From Octopus vulgaris (Eukaryota): a stretch of 64,000 bases of DNA. Position numbers and translations under genes: made by a program. Shown one piece after another: positions 25,077 through 37,100 of this stretch. Position 1 is the first letter of the stretch. Each line of letters starts with the position of its first letter. The stretch covers positions 174,282,001 to 174,346,000 of the forward strand of contig OX597816.1 in assembly GCA_951406725.2 (NCBI GenBank), in the 5' to 3' direction. The notes beneath the pieces are model-generated. The model had not been told where the DNA came from and searched no databases. It saw nothing but the letters and a program-made list of their open reading frames with translations.

Positions 25077-25230
25077 AATTCGGAATTTGGAGGCATGAAA
25101 TGACGAATGTAGTGTCAGTCAATGAATCACACTTTTTGATAAAAATAAAAGCTGCAAAATTATTAATTCTACCAATGTGAAGGCAATAAACTGAATTCAT
25201 AAATTCACCCAGTGTTTGACATTTTATTGA

Positions 25231-25708
25231 GTGGAAGCACTCCGTCGGTTACGACGACGAGGGTTCCGGATGATCCGAATCAACGGAACAGCCTGCTCGT
25301 GAAATTAACGTGTAAGTGGCTGAGCACTCCACAGACACGTGTACCCTTAACGTAGTTCTCGGGGATATTCAGCGTGACACAGAGAGTGACAAGGCCGGCC
25401 TTTGAAATACAGGTACAACAGAAACAGGAAGTAAGAGTGAGAGAAAGTTGTGGTGAAAGAGTACAGCAGGGATCACCACCATCCCCTGCCGGAGCCTCGT
25501 GGAGCTTTGGGCGTTTTCGCTCAATAAACACTCGCAACGCCCGGTCTGGGAATCGAAACCCCGAGTCCGCTGCTCTAACCACTGGGCCATTGCGCCTCCA
25601 CCAACCATGTATTCTACCACTTTACAGATAGTGTAGGTAATTTGCATAACAGGAATATACATGGAATCAAAACCCGCGAGTCCGCTGCCCTAACCACTGG
25701 GCCTCCAC
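25231..25708 (-). mobile_element. tRNA-derived SINE family C with a duplicated head
   Basis: Head GGAGGCGCAATGGCCCAGTGGTTAG on the minus strand; 12-bp TSD ACATTTTATTGA at 25219-25230 and 25709-25720. Confidence 0.85.
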
Positions 25709-25792
25709 ACATTTTATTGAAGAAGAAGGGTGAAAGGCAAAGTCAAATCAAAGTAAATACAAAAAAAAACCCAGGTGGTCTATAATATTTAC

Positions 25793-25968
25793 CTGCAAAG
25801 TTTGTCCCGACCAGAAGTCTTGGAGACAAACTGGATGTAATGGTCAGTCAGTTCTTTGACGGGGCCCATTTGTGCAGGTAAAGCGCTGATGTTGTTACTC
25901 GGACGTTGATCAATGACAGCCACGATCTCTAAGGCGCCCAGGTATTCGTTATTGTTTGTGTCTCCCAT
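25793..25968 (-). CDS. PEX11: Peroxisomal membrane protein PEX11 (alpha/beta-like), first coding exon
   Basis: Encodes MGDTNNNEYLGALEIVAVIDQRPSNNISALPAQMGPVKELTDHYIQFVSKTSGRDKLCR with a phase-2 GT donor; F...T.GRDKLCR is the PEX11 N-terminal motif. A second in-frame ATG lies at 25869. Confidence 0.85.
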
Positions 25969-26292
25969 GTCACCTGTGGTAACGTTGACACTTCATAAAA
26001 AGCTCAATACCTTAGTTACCCTCAACAACAACTTGTTTTATGAATAAAGCATTACAAACGATACATTTCCTGGCAAAGGACGACCAACGAATGGCAAAAT
26101 CTCGTCTATTCTCGTTTATGTTTTCTCATTCTCTTTTATTCCTCCTCTCTTGTCATCCTTTTTTTTTTTTTCCTACTCTGTCTTTCGATTTTCCTTTATT
26201 CTCTTCTCACAATATATTTATTGCTGCTTTCTCTTAGTCTCTTTCGCTCTCATTACTTCAAAAGTTCCCACAAGCCCATATGTAAAAAAAAA

Positions 26293-26730
26293 GGCGATCT
26301 TTCGTCTCTAGTAGACCTTTCCGTCGATTTCCGTAAAAAACTTCTTTTTTTTTTACATATGGGCTTGCGGGAACTTTTGAAGTAATGAGAGCGAAAGAGA
26401 CTAAGAGAAAGCGATTGTATGACGAGGGAAGTTCTTTTGAAGTTACCGTCCAGGGGAAGCATTGATGTACATGTGTGTGTGTGTGTGTATGTGTGTGTTT
26501 GATGGGGTGTGGGAGACAGACAGTATGTTGTGTACGTGAAGTGCTTCTGTTAGTGTGTGTGAAGAGACAGAGTAATGTGTGAAAGAAAGAGATAACTGAA
26601 ATTTTTTACTCGGTGTATGTGTATATGTATGTATATTACTTCAAAAGTTCCCGCAAGCCCATATGTAAAAAAAAAGAAAGATTTTTTTACGGAAATCGAC
26701 GGAAAGGTCTACTAGAGACGAAAGATCGCC
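26293..26730. mobile_element. MITE with about 95-bp TIRs
   Basis: GGCGATCTTTCGTCTCTAGTAGACC...GAAGTAAT (26293-26386) is inverted at 26636-26730. Confidence 0.85.
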
Positions 26731-27316
26731 TTATTTTCTTACTCACTTGCTCTTACTCTCTCCTACCCTGTCTCTAATGTTATTTCTAAAATCACTAAGC
26801 GATGAGAGTGACATCTGTAATGTCGAACAAAATGTCTTGCAATATCTAAAGTGGCCGGCTGACAGAATCGTTAGCATACCTGGTGAGGGGCGTAGCAGCA
26901 TTTCGCATTGAAATTCCGCCTTTCATCCTGTTAGGGTCGCTAAAACAATTACTGGATCTTTTCCTTTTGATGGACGGAATTTTCTAGTTAACTAAACAAT
27001 TTGAAACTTCGTATACTGGTAGAATGTGTCAAAAGAAAACATTATTGTAAACAAAATTGAAATTTGTAAGTTTAACGTAGTTTAATTCTTCGAGTTGAAC
27101 ACTGGAGTTGATGTAATCGACTTTCCCCTTCCCCAAAATTGCCGGCCTTGTGAGAAAATTTGAAACCAATGTTTATTATGATTCTTTAAGTAATATAAGT
27201 GTGTAGCGGAAATGTTCAGCAGCCAGATCACTACACCTAATGTCACGATTTCGCTAAAATATTAGGGGCTAATGTGGAATGGCACCTCACCTTGGAAAAT
27301 GCATTTTTCTGAAAAG

Positions 27317-28865
27317 AGATCTTTACCCTTTGAACGGCAGATCGAGAAATTAATTTTTTGTATCTAAACACTTTCAAACTTCAGACAATGGAAAAATGTG
27401 TCATATAAAACATCTTTTACTCTTAGTATTGTTGGGAAAAGTTTATATTTTCAAAGTTATTTCGCGTTAAAGTTGTCGTATTTCAGTAATTTCAACCAAT
27501 CAATGACGTGTATTCAACTGAATAAAATTACTGCTGTTGTTTGTCTACTACAACTTCCGGCGGTGTATATTTCATTTGTCACTGTTATTTATGACATATT
27601 TCATCTCAGTTACGTTTGCATGAATAAACGAGGGATCTTTTCGGTTTGAACGGCATTTTTAAAAATAATTTCTATGTAACTAAAAAATTTTAAACTTCGT
27701 ATACTGGTAGAATGTGTTTATAAAACATCTTTTCCTCTTAGCTTTCTTGAGAAAATTCTATAGTTTGTAAGATATTTGGTTTTTAATTTCTTGCATTTCC
27801 GCAATTTCAACCAATCAATGACGTCTATTGAGGTGAAAACGATTTCTACCATAACATTTTATGACGGCATCATATGAAAGTGTCCCTGTTTTTTGAGAAA
27901 AAAGATACCCTGTGACCATAAACTGAGGGGTCACTCGTAAACAGAGCTGGATAACAAAGTCGTTCCCTCTTTAGTGTTCACCCATAATTATGACCCTAGT
28001 ATCGATCTATTGCATTTCAATCTGTGTTAGGGTTAGGGGTGGGGGGAAGAGTATCTTTTTTTTCTTCAGAAATGTAAATAAACCCAATCTGTTTCTTAAA
28101 CGAGGGACATTTTCATATTTCACTGCCAGAAGATTTTATGGCAGATAATGTTTTCACCTCAATAGACATCATTGATTGGTTGAAATTACCAAAATTGAAG
28201 AAAATATCTTACAAACTACAGAATTTTCTCAAGAAAGCCAAGAGGAAAAGATGTTTTATAAACACATTCTACCAGTATACGAAGTTTAAAAGTGTTTAGT
28301 TACATAGAAATTATTTTTAAAAACTGCCGTTCAAACCGAAAAGATCCTAAATGAGTGTATCTGAAGCATGTTTACTTCATGACACCACCACAATCGTTCG
28401 TGCATTTCTACTGCTTTTGTTTTTCTTTTTTCCTGTTTTCAGCTACTATTTTCGGAAAGACTTTTGTGCCCCCCTCCCCCTCCAATTTCTTTTTCACTTT
28501 TTTTTGTAACTCTAACCCTAAAATCCCAACCCTAATCCTAAAACCCTAACCCTAAAGCTAAAACCAGTACAAATGCATGAACGATGTCATAAATAACAGT
28601 GACAAACGAAATATACACCGCCGATAGTTGTTGTTGATAAACAACGGCAGTAATTTTATTCAGCTGAATATATGTCATTGATTGGTTGAAATTACCGAAA
28701 TACGACAACTTTAACACGAAATAACTTTGAAAATATAAACTTTTCTCAACAACACTAAGAGTAAAAGATGTTTTATATGACACATTCTACCAATGTCTGA
28801 AGTTTGAAAGTGTTTAGTTACAAAAAATTAATTTCTCGATCTGCCATTCAAAGGGAAAAAGATCC
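27317..28865. mobile_element. GGATC-ended long-TIR MITE, 8-bp TSD (Merlin- or MULE-type)
   Basis: About 280-bp TIRs; flanks CTGAAAAG and CCGAAAAG. Confidence 0.85.
27633..28347. mobile_element. Related GGATC-ended MITE nested inside the previous one, 8-bp TSD
   Basis: GGATCTTTTCGGTTTGAACGGCA TIRs of about 210 bp; flanks TAAACGAG and TAAATGAG. Confidence 0.85.
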
Positions 28866-29639
28866 CCGAAAAGGTTTGTTCGAATTCCTAGGTTTTACAT
28901 GTTGGGGATTACGAATATGTAAAAAAAATTCAAAATTTAACACCCCAACCCAATTTTAAATGTATATTAAAGTTGAAATTTCATTAACATGGAAAACTTC
29001 GAAGATTTTAACATCAATATCGAAACAACAATTTCTACAGTTTCTACATAGAAAGTGAACTTTACATACCTGCTTTAATGAAATTTCCACACTTGAATAT
29101 ACAACAATACTTTGAAAATTGGGTGAGGATTTAAAACTTATTTTTTTATTTTTGCATATTTGTAATCTCCGACATGTAAAATGCAGGAATCCAAATGAAC
29201 TTTTTCAGAAAAATGCATTTTTCAAGGTGAGGTGCGATTCTACATTAGCCTCAAATATTACCCACAAGGTAAAAAATTCTAACCTATCACAACTTCTCCT
29301 AGAACTGGTTCCAGCAACAATCCCATCCTTTCATGCCTGTCTCAGCCCATCAAGCACTATAAATTCAGCACAGTTTGACAACTTCACAGAGAGCACTGAG
29401 GAATGGCAGATAGACAGTGAACAGATGTGGACCACTGATGACTTAAACAGACAGCGGCTAAACAATGACGAATGATGACTGCTATTACAATCACACCAAG
29501 AACAATAGTATTCAAACTTTCTTGATGTTTTGTCATTTGTAGTAATGACAATATTTGCTTTTTGTTTATAGGAAGAATAAAAAATTTGGTTTATCATAAA
29601 TCTTAGAGATTTAGTTGTCATCTTCATAACAGTGGTAAT

Positions 29640-32543
29640 CAGTGTTGCCAACTTAAAATCAGAATTTTATGCTAAATTTCAATAGAAAAAATACCCAAAA
29701 ATGCTAGATATGACAGAAAAATGCTAAAGACTAACTATATCAAAAAAGCTCAATTCTTATTTACATTTTCATCTACTTTGTTTAATTATATTCAGCATTG
29801 AGAAATTCTTGAATTTCACTGGTTTGATCACTTTCAGCTGCAGTGCCTAGGTCTTGACTTCTGTATACATTCAAGGTCTCAATCTTGTTAATTACATGTT
29901 TTGCAACATTTGCCATCTCTTTTCAGGCCATATTTTATAGACAGTATTCATCTAAGCATAGGAAGATGCATTTTGTTTTTCAGTTTTGATTTGATTACAC
30001 CCATACCACTGAACAACCGTTCAACTTCTGCATTTGAATTTGACAATGTCAATAGATTAATGGCAAAATTTGCTACATCTCTAAAAGTAGCATCTTTATA
30101 TTCCAAGACTTCCTGCTAGAATGCCTCAGTATTAGACATATTTGTCCATTTAACTAAATGAATGCTATTAAACTGAATTTCAATTGAAGCAATTTTTTCT
30201 TCATTTAAATGCATTTCTTCTAAGACAGGTAAAATTGGCTCTTTGAAATGCTGTAAAATATTCTCTACTAAAAAACATTTTACATTCCTCAGTATATTAA
30301 TATTTTCTGGCAAGCAGTACTTGAGCTCTTTATAAAGGAGAGTAAGAATTGTTGTGCTCTTTTGCAAATATTATTTTCTTCGGTGGCTGTTACAGTCTTC
30401 TTTGATAATCATTTCTGCTATCTTTCTCTCGAACCTGTAGCCTAAATTTGGTTTAGGATCCAGAAAATTTTCAATAGAAGCATCCAGATCAATTCTACAT
30501 GTTGGCAACACTATCATATTAGCAACAGATTTGATCAAATTTGAAAGATCTTCAAGTAATTTTGTTTTGTCGACAGTGTTTGATTCAAACAGTTCATTCA
30601 CTTCCTGAACATGTTTTAAAATTGTATGCAAAAATAATTCCTAGAATCACAAAACATTTTATGTAACGTTTGTGCTGTAAAGCATTTTTCTTTTGTAGTT
30701 GTAGTTTGGAAGTGAGTTTGAAATTCAAACCATTGGCTTAAAATTCTATTTACCACTGGTTCTATTGACAGCCACCTAGTTGTACAAGAATTTGTGATCT
30801 TCAAAGGCTCTTTATCATTGATAGCAAGGTAAAGTTTTTTGTAGGCACTTTGTCTTGTGGAAGAATGAGAGGACCATTTAAAGGTTTCGGATACTAAAAA
30901 TTCTAAATTTATGGGCAAGCAATCAACACAAGTGTGGGATAAATGGCAAACACCATTGTTGACTTATTCTAGCATTGTCAGTTCCTATAGCCAGTAAATT
31001 TTTAAAATCTAATTTCTTTTTCACTAATTCAATTTTTAAGGCATCTACAAAACTATCTGCATCACGTTTCTAAATATACTGAGATGTGTATGTACCACTT
31101 TTTTGTGAGTGTCACTATAATATATGATAACAATTCCTAACAACTTCTTTATTGATGTATCATTGGATTCCTCTTGTAACAGGCTAAATTTTCTGTCTCC
31201 AATATCAGAAATCAAATCTCCATCAAAATATGGAGCTAGAACATTTCTCACAATATTTGCACATTTTGTACGATGCAACTTCACTTTGGATATAATATCA
31301 CTATCAGACATATAATTCTTACACAACTCTATTAACTGATCACAGCTATTAAAGATGAGTGGCAACAAATAAACATTGCCAAATTTGCTTCAAGAATAGA
31401 TGTCTTATCATTTTTGGTTTTAATAAAATTGGTAAGCAGAATCATTTGCTGTGGAGTTGATGCCTTATGTTTCTTTGCTTCACAGTAGCGTACTAAAAGA
31501 GAATATTTTGCCAACCTATTACATCCACAATATCTGCAATGTGCTTTAGGTTGGTCACTAGGTACTTCACACAACCACTTAGTAAACACTAGCATCTTAA
31601 GCCATTCCTTTTGGAATTTTTGCTGGTGTAACTTTGTTTTTTCTTTGCTCATTATAATGTAGTGGGAAGCAAGAAAATAATTTGAATTATTAATAAAAAT
31701 ATAAAACTGGAAACACAACTTAACAGTTTGCTGCTAACAATTCTTTCATTCATCATTAACAGTTCTTATGTTTGCTGCTTACAAAGTCTTGAGGTGAAGA
31801 ATACTGATTTTGGATGCAGGGGGAACAACGTATAAATGGAAAAGTAAAATCTGCAGAAATCCTAAAACTGTGTTTTGATATAAACCTGGGAACATCAGAT
31901 TTCGCTTCCAATCTTACATTTAATATCTATTGGTAAAACCACAAATATAACTACAAAACTTGAAAAAAAAAAAAGTAAGTAGAAATATAAAGGGGGAGAC
32001 CCTGCCACCCCTGTACTTCTATACAAGATATATAATCCAAAACAAGCATGAAAAAATACAGGTCTATTTTAAAACAGTCGAACTGAAAGTAAATCAGTCA
32101 ACCTGTCCTGCTAAAAACTCATCACTACAGAATAAAGCATTGTTTAGACGAATTTCCATGCTTTCATTCTTTGCAACATTATTGTGTAGAGTTCAGGTGC
32201 TGACATGAGTTATCTTCTCTTCCTCCTCCCACCAGCATCACTCTGCATCCAATCCGATGGTGAGGGGGGGGGCTTGAAAAGTTCATAACTTGATAAACTT
32301 TTATTTGAAGTTTCAAGAAAGTGAAAGTAAAATTCAACAATAGCCGATAGTACTAAAATTTAGCTATAAGATATGTTAACGAAAGTAGAAAAGGAGGAAA
32401 AAGAAGAAAAAAAAGTAACTATAGTGGAAATGTCATGATCAGAGAAAAATGCTAAATAAAATTTTGAACCTGCTATTTTCCCTGCTAAATGCTGAAAAAA
32501 AAATGCTAGATCTAGCATAAAATATGCTAAATTGGCAACCCTG
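29640..32543 (-). mobile_element. Full-length decayed hAT transposon
   Basis: TIRs CAGTGTTGCCAA and TTGGCAACCCTG; perfect 8-bp TSD GTGGTAAT; fragmented transposase with BED-like C..C, LHRTKC, TTRWLS and SNAEVERLFSGM. Confidence 0.93.
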
Positions 32544-32959
32544 GTGGTAATCCCAAAGCAAGAATATGACACAGCCTAGAAACAATTCACCAGTGATTCC
32601 ATATAGGTAAACTGCCACTACACGGCTCACTGCCAAGAACTATAGTATTCTCTTATTAATTCTTTTCTATAATAGTAAATATTAGGTAAAAATATAAGGA
32701 CCTTATTTTGAACTGAGTATGCAATCATGGTGCAGTATTGAATGATGTTGTCTTTACTTAGTATAAAATCATGCATTATGATTGTCAGGCAGCCATGATC
32801 AATGGTTTAGATGGTAAGCAGAACAAGTTTGAATAAAAGCCTTCTTTTGAGTTGGTTTACAACACTTACCAACACCCTGTGAGTTCACATGAACAATGCC
32901 AACATGTCTCTCTGCTGCCTAAAAGCCAACATGAACTAAAAGTTGGAGGGGGACGGGAT

Positions 32960-34108
32960 CAACTACCTGCTTCAACTTGCTATAAAAGCACTTATTCTTA
33001 GTGCAAGTTTTGAAGAGTACAGTTCGATTTTAACAGTTACTTTTTCAAAGTAATGGAAGTAAGAAAGGAGCATATTTTGCTTTATGAGTTCAATAAAGGC
33101 AACAACACAATGGAAAGGGCAAGGAATATTAATGCAGTATGGGGATCAGGCAGTAAGTGTAAGCCAGTGGCTCCAGAAATTCCAAGCCAGAACCTACAGC
33201 CTACAAGACAAGCCTTGTCCTGGAAGATCTGTGGAGCTTGATGAGGACGTCCTGCAAACCCTGTTGGAACAAAGTTTCATTGTAACTGTTGAGGAACTAG
33301 CAGAAAAGCTTGGATTTGGTCATTCAACCATTCATTGGCACATGCGTGCCATTGCAAAAGTCAGCAAATTGGGTCAATGGGTTCCTCACAAACTTTGTGA
33401 GTCTAATTGCGTGCAGAGAGTGAATGTGTGCTCTTCTTTGCTGTCACCTCTCATGAATGAACCTTTTTGAACCGAATAGTGACTGGTGACAAGAAATGGG
33501 TTCTCTGTAAAAATGTCAAGCGCTGAAGACAGTGGGTAGGGAAAAGAGAAAGACCAGCACCCCAAGCTAAAGAAGGTTTTCACCCACATAAGGTGTTATC
33601 TGTTTGGTGGGATATGAAAGGTTAATCCACTTAGAACTTTTAAACCCAAACCAAATGATAACAAAGGCAATTTACTGTGGCTTAATCAGCACTAGAAGAA
33701 AAACGACCATCTTTGGTTTCGAGATGAAAGGTGTTCTTCCATCAGGATAATGCTTGGCCACACAGTGAGGATAACATTCCAAAGGCTGGAGCAGTTTGAA
33801 TGGGAAACGATACCCCACCCACCATATTCGCCAGACATTGTCCTATCTGATTATCATTTATTCCGCAGTCTTCAAAATCATTTGGATGGAAAAAGCAAGG
33901 TCAGAACAGTACTGGAGGAGTATTTTGCATCACAGACAAGTGAATTTTGGAAGAGAAGCCTTGCTAGCCTGCCAGATAGATGGAAGAGCATTGTAGAAAA
34001 TGAAAGAGAGTAGATTTTTTAGATTAAAAAAGAACTTGGTTTATTTTAATTTTGAAAAATAAAAGAAGGATAAAAAAAAAAGACATTATTTATGGAATGA
34101 TCCAATAA
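32960..34108 (+). mobile_element. Degenerate mariner transposon
   Basis: WVPHKL, IVTGDKKW, HQDNA and HPPYSPDI..SDYHLFRSLQNHL; probable right TIR near 34084-34108; left TIR not found. Confidence 0.9.
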
Positions 34109-37100
34109 TTTCTGAACCAACTTTCTTTGTCTCAAGAACATTGTTTAATCTCTAATCCAGCTTCATCTTAAGAATTACTTCACCTATTTTCAAAATTTGT
34201 ATTGTATGAACATTAAACATATCATTGGCAAAGTCTAATACAGACATTTCTTAAGAAGGTCATTTTTTAATGCATCAAATGAAAAAGGAATTTCAGTTAT
34301 AAATTCAATTATAAAGCACTACTTTAAAAATGTAAAAGTTTCTTTAATTATAAAAAAAAAGCAATAATTAGGATAATACTTTTTCTATATTTCTGAGGTG
34401 AGTAATTATGTACATCATTTACAATGTACAGATAGGTATCCTCACCTTGTTTGTTGTACATCAGCTGAAAAATTGTGATAACAACAAACAAGGTGAGGAC
34501 ACCTGTGCAATAAATTGAAATTTAGTAATGTTCAGTAACATTTTAGTGTTTTTACTGATAGTGCAATGGAGTGGATTGAAAGAAAAGCTAGAGCAAAAAA
34601 ATAAAATATCTTTTAGACCAGAATTTGCCATATGTATAAAGATTATTCTTCATATTAAAGGGGTAATTTTAAAATTCATTGATTTACAACATCAAGTATG
34701 CTAGCATCCGTTTTACTGAAATATATTTAGTTCAATGCTCTTCCATTTAAGATACTTCACAATCTTCTGCTGTATAAAATGATAAGTGACAATAAAGCTA
34801 TGAATTCAAAGTTTATTTCAGCAGTATGTAACTTTCTGAGCAAACCAAATAAGTTTGACAGAGTAATGGGGAAGTGGTAAAACTATAGACTGCTGGATTA
34901 AATGCACAGCAACATTTAATTTTGTCCCTCTATGTACTGAGTTCAAACCTCATGAGGACTAGCTAAAACAAGTAGCAGTTAATTCAGTTGATCCTCTAGC
35001 TCTGCACTGCTATACCACAATAATGAGTTAATTTATTAGCTCAAGACTGAAAACTTTGGGAAAAGAATGTAGTTAACTCATTCTTTCCTAATTCATGACT
35101 AGTTTTATCAAACCTAGTGAGAATTGAAGTTAACATAGAGAGACAGTACCAAAGGCTGTAGTTTCAAGCTCTAATAGTGTTGCTACTTGACCACCTGGAG
35201 AGGTGGCTGCGTATTGGAAATATGTGTTTTTTGCAAGGGTCAGAAGTGAAAGGTGTTAACCAGGAACCTGCATTATGGATTTTCCATCACTTCATGCTCT
35301 ATATATTTATACCACAATCACAACAACAGTACTACTAATCAGTCTTAACACTAAGCAGATGGTCACACATTTTGGAAAAGGGTATATTTACTGAGGGAAT
35401 ATGAAGTAAAAGGGCAAGTAAACCCCTGAAAAATTTGAATTCAGAACATAGGGAGAAAATTAAATACTATATGTTTCATCTAGCAGTTTATTGTTTCTAT
35501 CACTTCACTAACAAGCCAACAAGGAAATCCTTGCATGGTTACTTGGCCTGCTAGAAATAGAGGCCAAATCTTTCTCAAATCATACCCTACCATCTTAAAA
35601 AAGGAAGAACACATTGATTACTGTAGTCTTAAATATACTACCTAAATAAAGACATAATGGTTATGACTGGAATGCCTTTATAATAAAAAATAATAATGAA
35701 ATTATTGTATACAGTGCTCAGGTGCACCACAACTTTGATCATTCAGATCTCACCTAGAGCTAAAAAAATAGTAATAAAATTATTAATAATTGTTTTGAAC
35801 ATAGACAAAAAAGCAGAAATTTGGAGAAGGGGAATGGTTGATTATATTGATCCCAGTCCTTGACTGGTTCTTTATTTATTGGCTCTGAAAGAATGAAAAG
35901 CAAAATAGTTCTGGCAAAATTTGAAATCAGAACATAATAATGATTTCAAACTTTGGCACAAGGCCAGCAATTTCAGGAAAGGGGCTAAGTCAATGAAATC
36001 GACCCCAGTGTTCAACTGGTACTTATTTTATCAACCCTGAAAGGATAAAAGGTGAAGTTGACCCTGGAAGCCTTTGAACCCAGAATGTGAAGATAGATGA
36101 AATCCCACAAGGCATTTTGCCCAGCATTCTAATGATTCTGCCAGCTCACAACTTTAACCCAGAAAACAGTAATAATCATGTGATAAAATAAAAAACATAA
36201 GTAACAGATAAAAATATGAAGCAGTTTATTAATAATAAAGCATCAATTTATAAAGATATGCAATAAACATATCATGCATTACGTATCGATACAATAAAAA
36301 AAATAACAGATCAGGATGGAGAGACAGATATTCCAGTAAAATGGTTATGAGTAATAATAATGCTGGTATGAAGCAAAAAAAAAAACAAAAAATGGAAAAA
36401 GCGAAAAATAGAATTGAAATATAATGTTCAACTTGATAATTAATCCAAATTAGGCCCATTTTGGTCTGGTGATGACAAATTTGGTTACGATACATGCTGT
36501 ATATAAGAGAGTTCAGCTCAGCATGCTAAAAGCATTGGTTGGATAAAAGTAATGATGCAGTGTGCCCACTATTTACAGTGGTGAGATGGACGTGTTTACT
36601 GTAACAAAATGTCATTTTTTTAGTGTCTGTTTACAGCTTGATGGCCTAGCAGCAAGTGTAAAGTATATATTGGCTATGGTTACAGCAGAATAGCAACTAC
36701 TGACCCTTTCAGTTGGGCATTCTATTGACTTTGTCATCTGTAACACTTGATAACTCAAACAATGGAAGAAAGTTAATAAAAAGAAACTGTAGAAAATTTA
36801 ATGTTTTTGTATAATTGTATACAAAAAGGTAAATATTAGAAATTTTTTAAAAGCAGCATAGTGAATCCTATCAAGGCCTTGCACACCTGACTCATCTTCT
36901 TATCTATTGCCTCTCTTTTTTCCCATTTAATCCAATCATTTCATTTATCACTCATACCCCTCCATCTCTTATGTTCCCCACTACCTACGAAGTTCACAAA
37001 CTATGAATGGCTGCCCTGCATACTACTTCCATCCTTCACTAGGCCTATATATGACAGAATGGGTGTCCATTCACACCCCACCTTCCCTCCTCTATCCATC

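Larger units (their letters stand above)
27258..29259. mobile_element. Outer TIR element (about 59-bp inverted arms)
   Basis: 27258-27316 matches the reverse complement of 29200-29259. Confidence 0.8.

Noticed and set aside
27202-27235. 34-bp TGTAG...CTACA segment as another mini-LTR
   Set aside because: No PBS or TSD, and too short to distinguish from chance.
28510-28560. Interstitial telomere
   Set aside because: Only a few degenerate CCCTAA units, internal to a MITE.
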